Below are positions 40,357 to 48,980 of a stretch of 64,000 nt of DNA, in pieces. Position 1 is the first letter of the stretch. Each line of letters begins with the position of its first letter. The position numbers and the translations under genes are program-made. This DNA comes from Candidatus Peregrinibacteria bacterium (GTDB lineage: Bacteria > Patescibacteriota > Gracilibacteria > UBA1369 > UBA12473). The stretch spans positions 9,104 through 73,103 of the forward strand of contig JABJMC010000022.1 in the NCBI GenBank assembly GCA_018659585.1, given 5' to 3'. The notes beneath the pieces were generated by a model. That model made no database searches. It saw only the letters and a list, made by a program, of their open reading frames with translations, and was not told the origin of the DNA.

Positions 40357-40821
40357 ATGAAACTTCACGAACTCAAACCAGCTCCGAAAAGCCGAAAAGC
40401 AAAAAAACGCGTTGGCCGTGGTAATGGTTCTGGACTCGGAACTTACTGTGGAAAAGGCATGAATGGTCAAACTGCTCGAGCTGGAGGACGTCGTCGTCCA
40501 GGTTTCGAAGGAGGGCAAACTCCTCTATACATGAGAATGCCTAAGTTAGGTGGTTTCAAAAATCCTTGCCGTAAAGAATATTTACCAGTAAATGTTAGTG
40601 TTCTAAACGATAATTTCAAAGCTAACGAAACCGTATCTCTTGAAACTCTAGCTGCTAAACGTATTATTCGTTCTACCAAAAGACCAGTGAAAATTTTGGG
40701 AGTTGGAGAACTTAAAATTGCCTTAACTATTCAAGTAGACAAGGTATCTAAAACAGCTGCCGAAAAAATCACCAAAGCTGGTGGTAAAATTGAGCAACCT
40801 GGCTCAAAAGCTGAAGCTTAA
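40357..40821 (+). CDS. rplO: 50S ribosomal protein L15
   Basis: KRVGRGNGSG, GFEGGQTPL..R.PK.G. Confidence 0.97.
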   Translation: MKLHELKPAPKSRKAKKRVGRGNGSGLGTYCGKGMNGQTARAGGRRRPGFEGGQTPLYMRMPKLGGFKNPCRKEYLPVNVSVLNDNFKANETVSLETLAAKRIIRSTKRPVKILGVGELKIALTIQVDKVSKTAAEKITKAGGKIEQPGSKAEA

Positions 40822-40832
40822 ACCCTCCTCTT

Positions 40833-42131
40833 ATGTTCAAATATATCGCCCAAATTTGGCACTCAAAAGATCTACGTAAAAAAATTCTTTTTACGCTCTT
40901 TATCTTAACTGTTTTCCGTTTACTTACTCATATTACGATTCCGGGAGTTGACTTAGATGCCCTACAAACTGTTTTTGAAAAAAATAAATTATTAGGAGCT
41001 TTTAGTTTACTAACTGGTGGAAGTGCCGAGAATTTCTCCATTGTTTTAATGGGTCTTTCTCCTTACATTAATGCTTCTATCATTATGCAACTTATGACGG
41101 TAATTTCACCAAGATTAGAAGCTATGTCCAAAGAAGGAGCTGATGGACGTCAAAAGATTAATCAAATCACGAGATGGCTTACCTTCCCGATTGCTTTCTT
41201 GCAATCATACGGAATGATCAGTTTGATCAATGCTTCCGCTCCAGTGCCAATTATTCAAGACATTGCTGACCCAAGTGTTATTCTTCCTATTATGATTACT
41301 GTTTCTGCGGGAACAGTTCTTCTGATGTGGCTTGGAGAATTAATCACGGAAAAAGGAATTGGAAATGGTATTTCTCTCCTTATTTTTGGAGGAATTATGG
41401 CCGGAGTTCCATCTATTCTCGGCTCTACTATGGCCTTGGCTGAACAAGACATCCAAAAACTTATTCCTTTTGTAGGAATGGTTCTACTTACTATTTTCTT
41501 TATAATTGTTGTTATTCTGGTGACCGAAGGACAGCGGCGAATCCCTATTACCTATGCTGGGCGGGGTAGATCAAATCGAGGCGAACAAGCTATGCTTCCT
41601 ATGCGTGTTAACCAAGCTGGAATGATTCCTATCATCTTTGCGGTTTCCATGGTCACATTCCCATCTGTTATGGGACAATTCCTGGTCAACGCTGAATCTG
41701 CTTGGCTACAAGCTATTGGTGATTTCTTTATCACTTATTTCCAAAGCCAAAGTGCGCTTTATTTAGTTTTCTTCTTCCTTTTAATTATTGGATTTACCTA
41801 CTTCTACGTATCTATTACTTTCAATCCCGAAAACGTGGCCGAAAGTATTCAAAAACGAGGTGGATTTATTCCTGGAATTAGACCTGGAAAAGAAACTGCT
41901 GAATATATTGCTAAAACATCCAGTTACTTAAACTTATGGGGAGGTGTTTTCTTAGCTTCTATTGCTATTGCGCCCATGCTTATTCAACAAGTAATGCAAG
42001 GGACTACTACCGGAAGCATTCCTCTTATCGTTAGTGGAGCTGGATTAATTATCGTGGTTGGGGTGGTACTTGACCTTATTCGTCAAGTAAATGCGCAGCT
42101 ACTTTCTCACCACTACGATCGATTTAATTAA
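40833..42131 (+). CDS. secY: Preprotein translocase SecY
   Basis: PYINASIIMQL, GIGNGISL, AGMIPIIFA, FIPGIRPG. Confidence 0.97.
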   Translation: MFKYIAQIWHSKDLRKKILFTLFILTVFRLLTHITIPGVDLDALQTVFEKNKLLGAFSLLTGGSAENFSIVLMGLSPYINASIIMQLMTVISPRLEAMSKEGADGRQKINQITRWLTFPIAFLQSYGMISLINASAPVPIIQDIADPSVILPIMITVSAGTVLLMWLGELITEKGIGNGISLLIFGGIMAGVPSILGSTMALAEQDIQKLIPFVGMVLLTIFFIIVVILVTEGQRRIPITYAGRGRSNRGEQAMLPMRVNQAGMIPIIFAVSMVTFPSVMGQFLVNAESAWLQAIGDFFITYFQSQSALYLVFFFLLIIGFTYFYVSITFNPENVAESIQKRGGFIPGIRPGKETAEYIAKTSSYLNLWGGVFLASIAIAPMLIQQVMQGTTTGSIPLIVSGAGLIIVVGVVLDLIRQVNAQLLSHHYDRFN

Positions 42132-42153
42132 AAAATCATTAAACAAATTCCCT

Positions 42154-42804
42154 ATGGATCTCGTCCTTTTTGGCCGCCAGGGTTCTGGTAAAGGCACGCA
42201 AGGAAAGTTTTTTACTGAACGTTACGGGCTTACACCTTTTGTAACTGGTGATGAACTACGCAAACTCGCCGCTCTAGACTCCGAATTAGGCCGGAAAATT
42301 AAATCCATTATCGAAGCTGGACACTTAGTCCCTAACGAGGTGGTGATGGAGATTATTGAAAACTTCATGAATAATTTAGAAGAAGGAAAATCTGTTTTAT
42401 TTGATGGGATTCCTCGAAAAATGGAACAAGCAGAAAGCTTTAATGCTTTAATGAAAAAACTTAATCGTGAATTTAGCGGTGTACTAATTGAAATTGGTGA
42501 AAAGACTGCTATTTTCCGTCTTACTTCTCGTCGGATGTGTGCTAAATGTAAGGCTATTTACCCAGCCAAATACGACAAAGAATCCTGCGAAGAATGTGGT
42601 GGTGAACTAGAAACCCGCCAAGACGACGCTAACATGGATGCTATTCGGACTCGCTTGGATGCTTATGAAAACGAAACTGTTCCAGCCATTAATATGTACC
42701 GCGAAATGGATAAAATTATTGAAATTAATGGTGAACAAGACATTGAAGTTGTAAACCAAGATGCTTTTGCTGTTCTTGATCCTTTATTTGGAGTTTCTAA
42801 CTAA
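42154..42804 (+). CDS. adk: Adenylate kinase (Zn-lid)
   Basis: GRQGSGKGTQ, FDGIPR, CAKC...CEEC, RQDD. Confidence 0.93.
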   Translation: MDLVLFGRQGSGKGTQGKFFTERYGLTPFVTGDELRKLAALDSELGRKIKSIIEAGHLVPNEVVMEIIENFMNNLEEGKSVLFDGIPRKMEQAESFNALMKKLNREFSGVLIEIGEKTAIFRLTSRRMCAKCKAIYPAKYDKESCEECGGELETRQDDANMDAIRTRLDAYENETVPAINMYREMDKIIEINGEQDIEVVNQDAFAVLDPLFGVSN

Positions 42805-42809
42805 CTTTT

Positions 42810-43568
42810 ATGGGAGCTCTTACCTTAAAAACACCAGCCGAAATCGAATCCATGCGTCAGGGAGGTAAAATTTTGGGATCAATCTTACGCGAACTTGGAA
42901 CCCTAGTTGAACCTGGTGCTACTCCACTTGATGTTGAATACCGAGCCGCTGAATTATTTGAAAAATACCAAGTAACACCTGGTTTTAGCGGTTATAAAGG
43001 TTATCCAAATATTTGTTGTATTGCGGCTAATGATCATTTAGTACACGCCATTCCCACGGACAAACCTTTCCAAAAAGGCGATCTAGTAAAAATCGACTGT
43101 GGGTGCATTTTGGATGATCTTTATACTGATGCAGCCATTAGTGTTGTGGCTGGCGGCGAAGAAGCCGCTTCGGCTACAACCCGCAACCTAAGCGCCGCCA
43201 CCAAAAAAGCTCTTAACCTCGCCATCCGCCTGGTCAAACCCGGCACAAAAGTCGGTGATTTAAGTCATATTATTCAAAAAACAGTCGAAAACGCTGGCTT
43301 TTCAGTTGTTCACGAACTTACGGGGCACGGTGTGGGTTATTCCCTCCACGAAGAACCAACCATTCTCAATTACGGCAAAAAAGGCACTGGCATTGCTCTT
43401 AAACCTGGTATGACCTTTGCGATTGAACCAATTGTGACCGCTGGTGAACGATTTATCCAAACCTTAGATGACCGCTGGACCATTGCCACCCGCGACGGAT
43501 CCTGGGGTTGCCAGTGGGAACACACTGTTCTGGTAACAGAGAATGGACATGAAATTTTGACGGCTTAA
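42810..43568 (+). CDS. map: Methionine aminopeptidase type I
   Basis: VHAIP, KIDCG...TDAA, GHGVG.SLHEEP, AIEP, QWEHT. Confidence 0.96.
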   Translation: MGALTLKTPAEIESMRQGGKILGSILRELGTLVEPGATPLDVEYRAAELFEKYQVTPGFSGYKGYPNICCIAANDHLVHAIPTDKPFQKGDLVKIDCGCILDDLYTDAAISVVAGGEEAASATTRNLSAATKKALNLAIRLVKPGTKVGDLSHIIQKTVENAGFSVVHELTGHGVGYSLHEEPTILNYGKKGTGIALKPGMTFAIEPIVTAGERFIQTLDDRWTIATRDGSWGCQWEHTVLVTENGHEILTA

Positions 43569-43611
43569 AAGGCTACAAACTACTCAATTTACCAATTCAC
43601 TTTATAAGGGG

Positions 43612-43639
43612 TTGACTTTTTCGCTATTTAACGTAAAAT
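43612..43639 (+). promoter_or_regulatory. Promoter TTGACT-N16-TAAAAT for the inserted small gene
   Basis: Read directly after map. Confidence 0.6.
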
Positions 43640-43708
43640 AATACTCCTTTGGCTCCTAACCAGGAACCATTCCCAAAGTGGAGAATGAGTTACCTGGTTG
43701 GTCCCAGG

Positions 43709-44037
43709 TCGCTTTGTTCCTTCACACTACAACGAGAATACAGTGCCTATTGTATTGCTCCTTCTCGGCTGGTGGCTTCTCAAACCCTACGACATGATCT
43801 ACCTGAAGATGATCATCTTGTTCGTATTCATCGGCAAATGCGGCGTCTTCGCCTACTACCTGGACCACTACAAGAGCCGCCGCTGGCTGGTCATGCCCGT
43901 GATCATCATGCAAACCATCTGCTTCGGGGTCCACGTGTGGGCGCCCCTCGCAGCCATCAACGGCTACTTCCTCACGGAGGTCCTGCCGGAGATCGTCCAG
44001 TGGCTAGTGCGCTAAAAACGCTGAAAGAACAAAGCGA
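43709..44037. repeat. 16-bp inverted repeat pair (15/16 match; 43709-43724 / 44022-44037) bracketing a small membrane gene
   Basis: TCGCTTTGTTCCTTCA ... TGAAAGAACAAAGCGA. Confidence 0.85.
43743..44015 (+). CDS. Small hydrophobic membrane protein (about 90 aa), strongly C/G-ending codons; start uncertain
   Basis: Frame of 43698-44015 ORF: CTC GGC TGG..ATC ATC..TTC GCC TAC TAC CTG GAC CAC; three hydrophobic segments. Confidence 0.7.
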   Translation: MPIVLLLLGWWLLKPYDMIYLKMIILFVFIGKCGVFAYYLDHYKSRRWLVMPVIIMQTICFGVHVWAPLAAINGYFLTEVLPEIVQWLVR

Positions 44038-44042
44038 TTCAC

Positions 44043-44072
44043 GCTCCCCGACACCGTCGGGGGGCTTCGCTT
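44043..44072 (+). terminator. GC-rich terminator-like hairpin
   Basis: GCTCCCCGAC-ACC-GTCGGGGGGC followed by T-rich sequence. Confidence 0.55.
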
Positions 44073-44100
44073 ATTTAGTTTTTTATAGTAAAGTACTCGC

Positions 44101-45042
44101 ATGAAACACCTCCCAAAAAATTCCAAAAAACCAGCCCTCACCATTATTGAGCTCATTGTGGCCATGTCACTTTTTGCCATTCTCGCCACTATGGGGGTTA
44201 TTTTGCTAAGCAATGTTTCCAAAATGAGCCGTGAAGCCGAAATGGAGGAATACCTTTTCACCGAAACTCAAGCTGTTATCGAACGAATTTCCAAAACAAT
44301 CCAAGATTCTGCCATTGATTACGAGGAGTATAATAGTCGTTTATTAGAACAAACCATCGATCCTTCGATTGATTCTTACGCCGGAAATTCCACTTATGGG
44401 GACAACTATGGTTCCTATCACGCTAAATTTTTTAGTGGTACCAGTGAAATTGGTATCAACCCCTCTAGTGCTAGTGAGACTGATGCCGAAGCCAATGCTT
44501 TCTGTGGAGGCACACTTACCTGTTCTGACACCATTGATTATCACGAAACCACTGAACTTTATTTAATTGATAAAACTGGTACCGAACGCACCTTTTTTGT
44601 AACTGAAGACGATTCAGATGGAAACAAAGCTATTGCCATGGTGATAATGGAAGGAACCGATACTGATGCCAATGGTTTAATAGATACCTGGGCATGTGCC
44701 ACTGAACCTATTTTTACTTGTACCGGAGTAGACAACCACCCTCTGGCCACTGATCGTAACGATCTCAATCGAGATAATGATGATTTTGTACCTCTCACTC
44801 CTTCTAACATCAACATCGAAGAACTTTACTTTTACATCTCCCCTCTCGAAGACCCTTACAAGGGCTTTGCCGAAGACAGTTCCGCTGTAATTGAAAGTGT
44901 TCAGGTTCAACCCAAGGTTACAATTATGATCAAAGCTACTTATGTAGCTGACAATGTTCTAGGAGAAACCCCAGAAGTAACCCTTCAAACCACCATTGGA
45001 ACTGGTGTTTATAACAAAACATCAACCGCTAACTCTGACTAA
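44101..45042 (+). CDS. Type IV pilin/pseudopilin-like protein (prepilin N-terminal motif)
   Basis: KKPA-LTIIELIVAMSLFAILATMGV (Glu at +5); acidic Cys-containing C-domain. Confidence 0.8.
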   Translation: MKHLPKNSKKPALTIIELIVAMSLFAILATMGVILLSNVSKMSREAEMEEYLFTETQAVIERISKTIQDSAIDYEEYNSRLLEQTIDPSIDSYAGNSTYGDNYGSYHAKFFSGTSEIGINPSSASETDAEANAFCGGTLTCSDTIDYHETTELYLIDKTGTERTFFVTEDDSDGNKAIAMVIMEGTDTDANGLIDTWACATEPIFTCTGVDNHPLATDRNDLNRDNDDFVPLTPSNINIEELYFYISPLEDPYKGFAEDSSAVIESVQVQPKVTIMIKATYVADNVLGETPEVTLQTTIGTGVYNKTSTANSD

Positions 45043-45126
45043 AGTTTCAAAATCTTTTGACAAAAACCCCGCCCAAACCTATTAGGGCTTCTTGACACAC
45101 CCCTTAAAAAAACTTTGGAAAAAACC

Positions 45127-45155
45127 TTGCTTCCCCTAAACCTATCCTGTAGAAT
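45127..45155 (+). promoter_or_regulatory. infA promoter TTGCTT-N17-TAGAAT
   Basis: Read directly upstream of infA. Confidence 0.55.
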
Positions 45156-45177
45156 CCTATAGCTTTAACAGGAGTCT

Positions 45178-45555
45178 ATGGCTAAACAAGTAATTCAAAT
45201 TGACGGAATCGTAAATGAATGTTTACCAAATACGACCTTCCGCGTGCGGCTCAATGATCCTAATTATCCTAGTGATCACACTGTCCTTTGTCACCTTTCC
45301 GGAAAAATGCGCATTCACTACATTCGCATCATCCCTGGTGACCACGTCACAATTGAATTAACTCCTTACGACCTTACTAAAGGACGTATCGTTTACCGCC
45401 ACAAAGGCGCTCCTAAAAGAAAAACTGAGGAGGAAATCAAAGCTGAGGCTGAAGCTACTACTGAGGAAGGAGCTACTACTGAAACTGAAGCTACTTCCGA
45501 AGCTACTTCCGAAGATGCTTCCGAAGAATCCTCCGAAACCTCTCAAGAATCTTAA
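45178..45555 (+). CDS. infA: Translation initiation factor IF-1 with acidic C-terminal extension
   Basis: [39 protein letters not shown]. Confidence 0.95.
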   Translation: MAKQVIQIDGIVNECLPNTTFRVRLNDPNYPSDHTVLCHLSGKMRIHYIRIIPGDHVTIELTPYDLTKGRIVYRHKGAPKRKTEEEIKAEAEATTEEGATTETEATSEATSEDASEESSETSQES

Positions 45556-45568
45556 ACCCTAAAATGAT

Positions 45569-45685
45569 ATGAAAGTTCGCGCTTCCGTTAAAAAGATCTG
45601 TCCAAAATGCCAAATCGTTACTAGAAAACGCGTGGTTCGTGTCATTTGTCCGTCTAAGAAAAAACATAAACAACGACAAGGCTAA
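45569..45685 (+). CDS. rpmJ: 50S ribosomal protein L36 (not in ORF track)
   Basis: Translates [38 protein letters not shown]. Confidence 0.95.
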   Translation: MKVRASVKKICPKCQIVTRKRVVRVICPSKKKHKQRQG

Positions 45686-45697
45686 CCCTTATTTACT

Positions 45698-46081
45698 ATG
45701 ATTCGTATTGCTGGAGTCACACTCCCCGCCACTAAACGTGTAGAAATCGGCCTCACCTATATTTATGGGATTGGTCGTTCTCTTAGTCGTAAAATCCTTA
45801 ATGACCTAAATATCAATTTCGATACTAAGGTTAAGGATTTAAATGAGTCTGAAGAGAAAAAACTAAGAGATGCCATTGAAAAGATTCCTAACGAAGGCGA
45901 TCTTCGTCGCAAAAAAACCTTAGACATCAAACGTCTTCAAGACATTGGTTCTTATCGAGGCTTTCGTCATCGTCGAAGACTCCCTTCCCGAGGACAAAAA
46001 ACTCAAACTAATGCTCGCACTCTCCGTGGCAAGAAAAAAGTCGGAGTTGGTAGCGGTAAACGTAAAGACCTCAAAAAATAA
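45698..46081 (+). CDS. rpsM: 30S ribosomal protein S13
   Basis: [33 protein letters not shown]. Confidence 0.97.
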   Translation: MIRIAGVTLPATKRVEIGLTYIYGIGRSLSRKILNDLNINFDTKVKDLNESEEKKLRDAIEKIPNEGDLRRKKTLDIKRLQDIGSYRGFRHRRRLPSRGQKTQTNARTLRGKKKVGVGSGKRKDLKK

Positions 46082-46096
46082 CCCTTAATTTTAATC

Positions 46097-46495
46097 ATGG
46101 CCGACAAGAAAAAAACCATTAAGAAAAAAGTTAGCCGCAAACGCCGTAATATTCCTGAAGGACGCGTCAACATCCACGCTGGATCTAATAACACTATTGT
46201 TACTGTTGCTGGTCCTAACGGTGATGTTGTTGCTTGGAGTTCTTCTGGCTCTAGCGGGTTTAAGGGAACTAAAAAATCAACTCCTTACGCCGCCCAAATT
46301 GCCGCTGAAAATGCCGCTGAAAAAGCAAAGGCTTACGGCATGGAACGTGTTCACGTTTGCGTAAAAGGAATTGGTAACGGAAGAGAGCAAGCTATCCGCG
46401 GACTTATCGCTGGTGGACTTGAAATTCTTTCTATTAGCGATGTTACACCTCTCCCACACAATGGCTGCCGAAAACGCCGCCCTCGAAGAGTTTAA
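46097..46495 (+). CDS. rpsK: 30S ribosomal protein S11
   Basis: [26 protein letters not shown]. Confidence 0.97.
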   Translation: MADKKKTIKKKVSRKRRNIPEGRVNIHAGSNNTIVTVAGPNGDVVAWSSSGSSGFKGTKKSTPYAAQIAAENAAEKAKAYGMERVHVCVKGIGNGREQAIRGLIAGGLEILSISDVTPLPHNGCRKRRPRRV

Positions 46496-46512
46496 TTAAC
46501 CTTATATCTAAT

Positions 46513-47130
46513 ATGTCTCGTTATATTGGCCCTCGGGCCCGACACTGCCGCCGATTTGGAACCAATATTTACGGCTCCGATAAATTCGACAAAATTCTAG
46601 GAAAACGTAATTATCCTCCTGGAATGCACGGTCAAGGCCGCTTTAAGAAAAAATCTGAATACGCCAAACAACTTGATGCTAAACAAATGGCTCGCTTTAT
46701 GTTTGGAGTAAACGAAAAACAATTTCGACGTTATTATTCCAAAGCTGATCGTTCCCCAGAAGTAACTGGTGAACAATTACTTCGCCTACTAGAAATCCGT
46801 TTAGATAATTTACTTTTCCGCGCTGGATTTGGAATCACTCGCGCTCAATGCCGACAAATGGCAAGTCACGGACTTATTAATGTAAATGGCACCCGCGTGA
46901 CTGTTCCTTCAATTCAAGTTCGCATTGGCGACAAAATTGAAATTCGCAAAAGAAGCGCTAATAGCCCACTTTTTGCTGATCTAAAAGGTGGAAAAACTAA
47001 AATTAAACCGCCTTCTTGGCTTAAGGTTGAAGCTAAAACCCTAACCATAGAAGTTTTATCTATCCCTGCCAAAGATGAGCTAGAACAAAGCATCGATAGT
47101 CAGCTCATCGTTGAATTCTATTCTAAGTAA
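46513..47130 (+). CDS. rpsD: 30S ribosomal protein S4
   Basis: SRYIGP, PPGMHG, LEIRLDN, LIVEFYSK. Confidence 0.97.
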   Translation: MSRYIGPRARHCRRFGTNIYGSDKFDKILGKRNYPPGMHGQGRFKKKSEYAKQLDAKQMARFMFGVNEKQFRRYYSKADRSPEVTGEQLLRLLEIRLDNLLFRAGFGITRAQCRQMASHGLINVNGTRVTVPSIQVRIGDKIEIRKRSANSPLFADLKGGKTKIKPPSWLKVEAKTLTIEVLSIPAKDELEQSIDSQLIVEFYSK

Positions 47131-47140
47131 CCCTTTAAAA

Positions 47141-48136
47141 ATGCATATCATCCAGGAAGAAATCGGTCTCCCTAAGATTGTACCTAAGGTACTAGGAGAC
47201 AATCATGTTATCTTCACTATTGCACCACTTCCTCCAGGGTACGGAATGACTCTTGGTAACGCTCTTCGCCGCGTACTTTTGTCTTCACTGCCTGGGGCTG
47301 CTATTTCTGGAGTGAAAATCAAAGGAGTTTCACACGAATACAGCACTCTAAAAGGGGTTAAAGACAGTGTTCTCGACATTATCCTTAATCTCAAACAAGT
47401 AGAATTAAAGAAAGAAACTAAAGAAAAAAGCACCATTAAGCTTAAAAAATCTGGTCCTGGTGATGTTTTTGCTAAAGATTTTGATTGCTCAAGTGATGTT
47501 ACTGTTCTCAATCCTGATCTTTACATTACTAGCTTAGACAACAAGTCAGCTTCTATTGAAATGGAACTTTACGTGGATAAAGGAGTTGGATATTTACCGA
47601 CTCAACTGCAAAAAAATGACGAAGCTGGACTTATTCAGGTTGATGCTAACTTTTCTCCGCTCAAACGTATTCGTTACGACACCGAATATACTCGTGTTGG
47701 TCAAATGACTAACCTCGATAAGCTCACTATGGAATTGCAAACTAACGGTGCAATTACTCCTGAAGATGCGCTTAAATTCTCAGCTAATATCTTAAAATCC
47801 TACTATGGATTATTTGATATGGATGAGATCCCAGTAGAGAGTGATTTCATCTCTGATTACAACAAGATTGTAGCCAAGGCTTCCGAAGAAGAAGCTAGCA
47901 CTCCAGCTCAAGAATCTTACACTCCAATTGAAATTCTTGGACTTTCCCCACGTACTTTAAATTCACTTATTAACGGCGGCATTGGTTCAATTGAACAACT
48001 TGTTAAATGCAATGAAGCCAAACTCAGCAACCTTCGAGGATTCGGTAAAAAAGCTCTTAATGAAGTAGCCGATGCTTTGGACGGTCGTGACTTAACCCTA
48101 TCTGGTGACGAAGACGGTTCTGAACCAGCTGAATAA
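47141..48136 (+). CDS. rpoA: RNA polymerase alpha subunit
   Basis: GYGMTLGNALRRVLLSS, HEYSTLKGV, LSPRTLNSL, RGFGKKAL.EV. Confidence 0.97.
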   Translation: MHIIQEEIGLPKIVPKVLGDNHVIFTIAPLPPGYGMTLGNALRRVLLSSLPGAAISGVKIKGVSHEYSTLKGVKDSVLDIILNLKQVELKKETKEKSTIKLKKSGPGDVFAKDFDCSSDVTVLNPDLYITSLDNKSASIEMELYVDKGVGYLPTQLQKNDEAGLIQVDANFSPLKRIRYDTEYTRVGQMTNLDKLTMELQTNGAITPEDALKFSANILKSYYGLFDMDEIPVESDFISDYNKIVAKASEEEASTPAQESYTPIEILGLSPRTLNSLINGGIGSIEQLVKCNEAKLSNLRGFGKKALNEVADALDGRDLTLSGDEDGSEPAE

Positions 48137-48157
48137 TCTTAATTAATATTACTCAAA

Positions 48158-48526
48158 ATGAGACATCGCTCTAAAAGACGTTCCTTCGGACGACAAACAG
48201 ACCACCAAAAAGCTATGCTTAAAAATCTGGTGACTTCAATCCTTCTTTACGAAAAGATTAAAACCACCGAAGCCAAAGCTAAAGAAGTGGCTCCTTATGT
48301 TGAAAAACTTATTACTATCGCTAAAGCTGGTGAATCTGGCAAAAAGCCTAAGGTCAATGTTATTCGCGCTCTAAAAGCAGCTACTTATGATGAGAATGCT
48401 TCTCGAAAACTGCTCGAAGAGATTGCCAAACGTTACACTGATCGCAACTCTGGCTTTACTCGTATTACTCACTTAGGACCGCGCGCTGGAGATGCTGCTC
48501 CCATGGTCCAAATTGAACTTGTCTAA
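48158..48526 (+). CDS. rplQ: 50S ribosomal protein L17
   Basis: MRHR, IKTTEAKAKE, GFTRI...RAGDAAPM. Confidence 0.97.
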   Translation: MRHRSKRRSFGRQTDHQKAMLKNLVTSILLYEKIKTTEAKAKEVAPYVEKLITIAKAGESGKKPKVNVIRALKAATYDENASRKLLEEIAKRYTDRNSGFTRITHLGPRAGDAAPMVQIELV

Positions 48527-48543
48527 CCTAAAATTCTTATCCA

Positions 48544-48975
48544 ATGAAATTAACGACTGCTGCTAAACATAAAGACTTTACTCCAAAATGGTATCTCATT
48601 GATGCCGAAAAAATGGTACTTGGAAAACTAGCTACCGAGGTTGCCAACATTCTTCGTGGCAAAAACAAAGCTGTTTTTAGCCGCCATGTTGACTGTGGTG
48701 ATCACGTAGTTATTATCAACGCTGAAAAAATAGTCCTAACAGGATCAAAACTCGATCAAAAAATGTACCGCAGCCACAGTGGATATCTTGGGAATCTCAA
48801 GGAAACTCCTGCTAAAGAAGTTCTCAAAAAGAAACCTACTAAAATTATAGAAAAAGCAGTGTACGGAATGCTTCCCAAAAACAAGCTCCGCAAACTTTTC
48901 ATGAATAAACTTTATCTTTACGCCGGTCCAGAACACAAACACGCCGGTCAAAATCCTGAACCATATAAAATCTAA
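48544..48975 (+). CDS. rplM: 50S ribosomal protein L13
   Basis: WYLIDA, LRGKNK, DCGDHVVIINA, GMLPKN. Confidence 0.97.
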   Translation: MKLTTAAKHKDFTPKWYLIDAEKMVLGKLATEVANILRGKNKAVFSRHVDCGDHVVIINAEKIVLTGSKLDQKMYRSHSGYLGNLKETPAKEVLKKKPTKIIEKAVYGMLPKNKLRKLFMNKLYLYAGPEHKHAGQNPEPYKI

Positions 48976-48980
48976 TTTTC

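Noticed and set aside
43654..43703. Integron attC site (TCCTAAC...GTTGGTC)
   Set aside because: Only about 50 nt, imperfect R boxes, no unpaired central spacer, no second site or intI; kept only as an unexplained hairpin
43649..44104. 151-aa ORF and antisense 70-aa ORF at the map-infA insertion
   Set aside because: Third-position C/G bias and hydrophobic pattern favour the frame ending at 44015; the others are shadows of GC-rich sequence
16251..47140. Longer upstream starts in the ORF track for rpoB, ssb, rplF, adk and rpoA, and many short antisense ORFs in the operon
   Set aside because: They overlap upstream genes or leaders; family-typical N-termini begin at later ATGs; the antisense ORFs are codon-bias shadows
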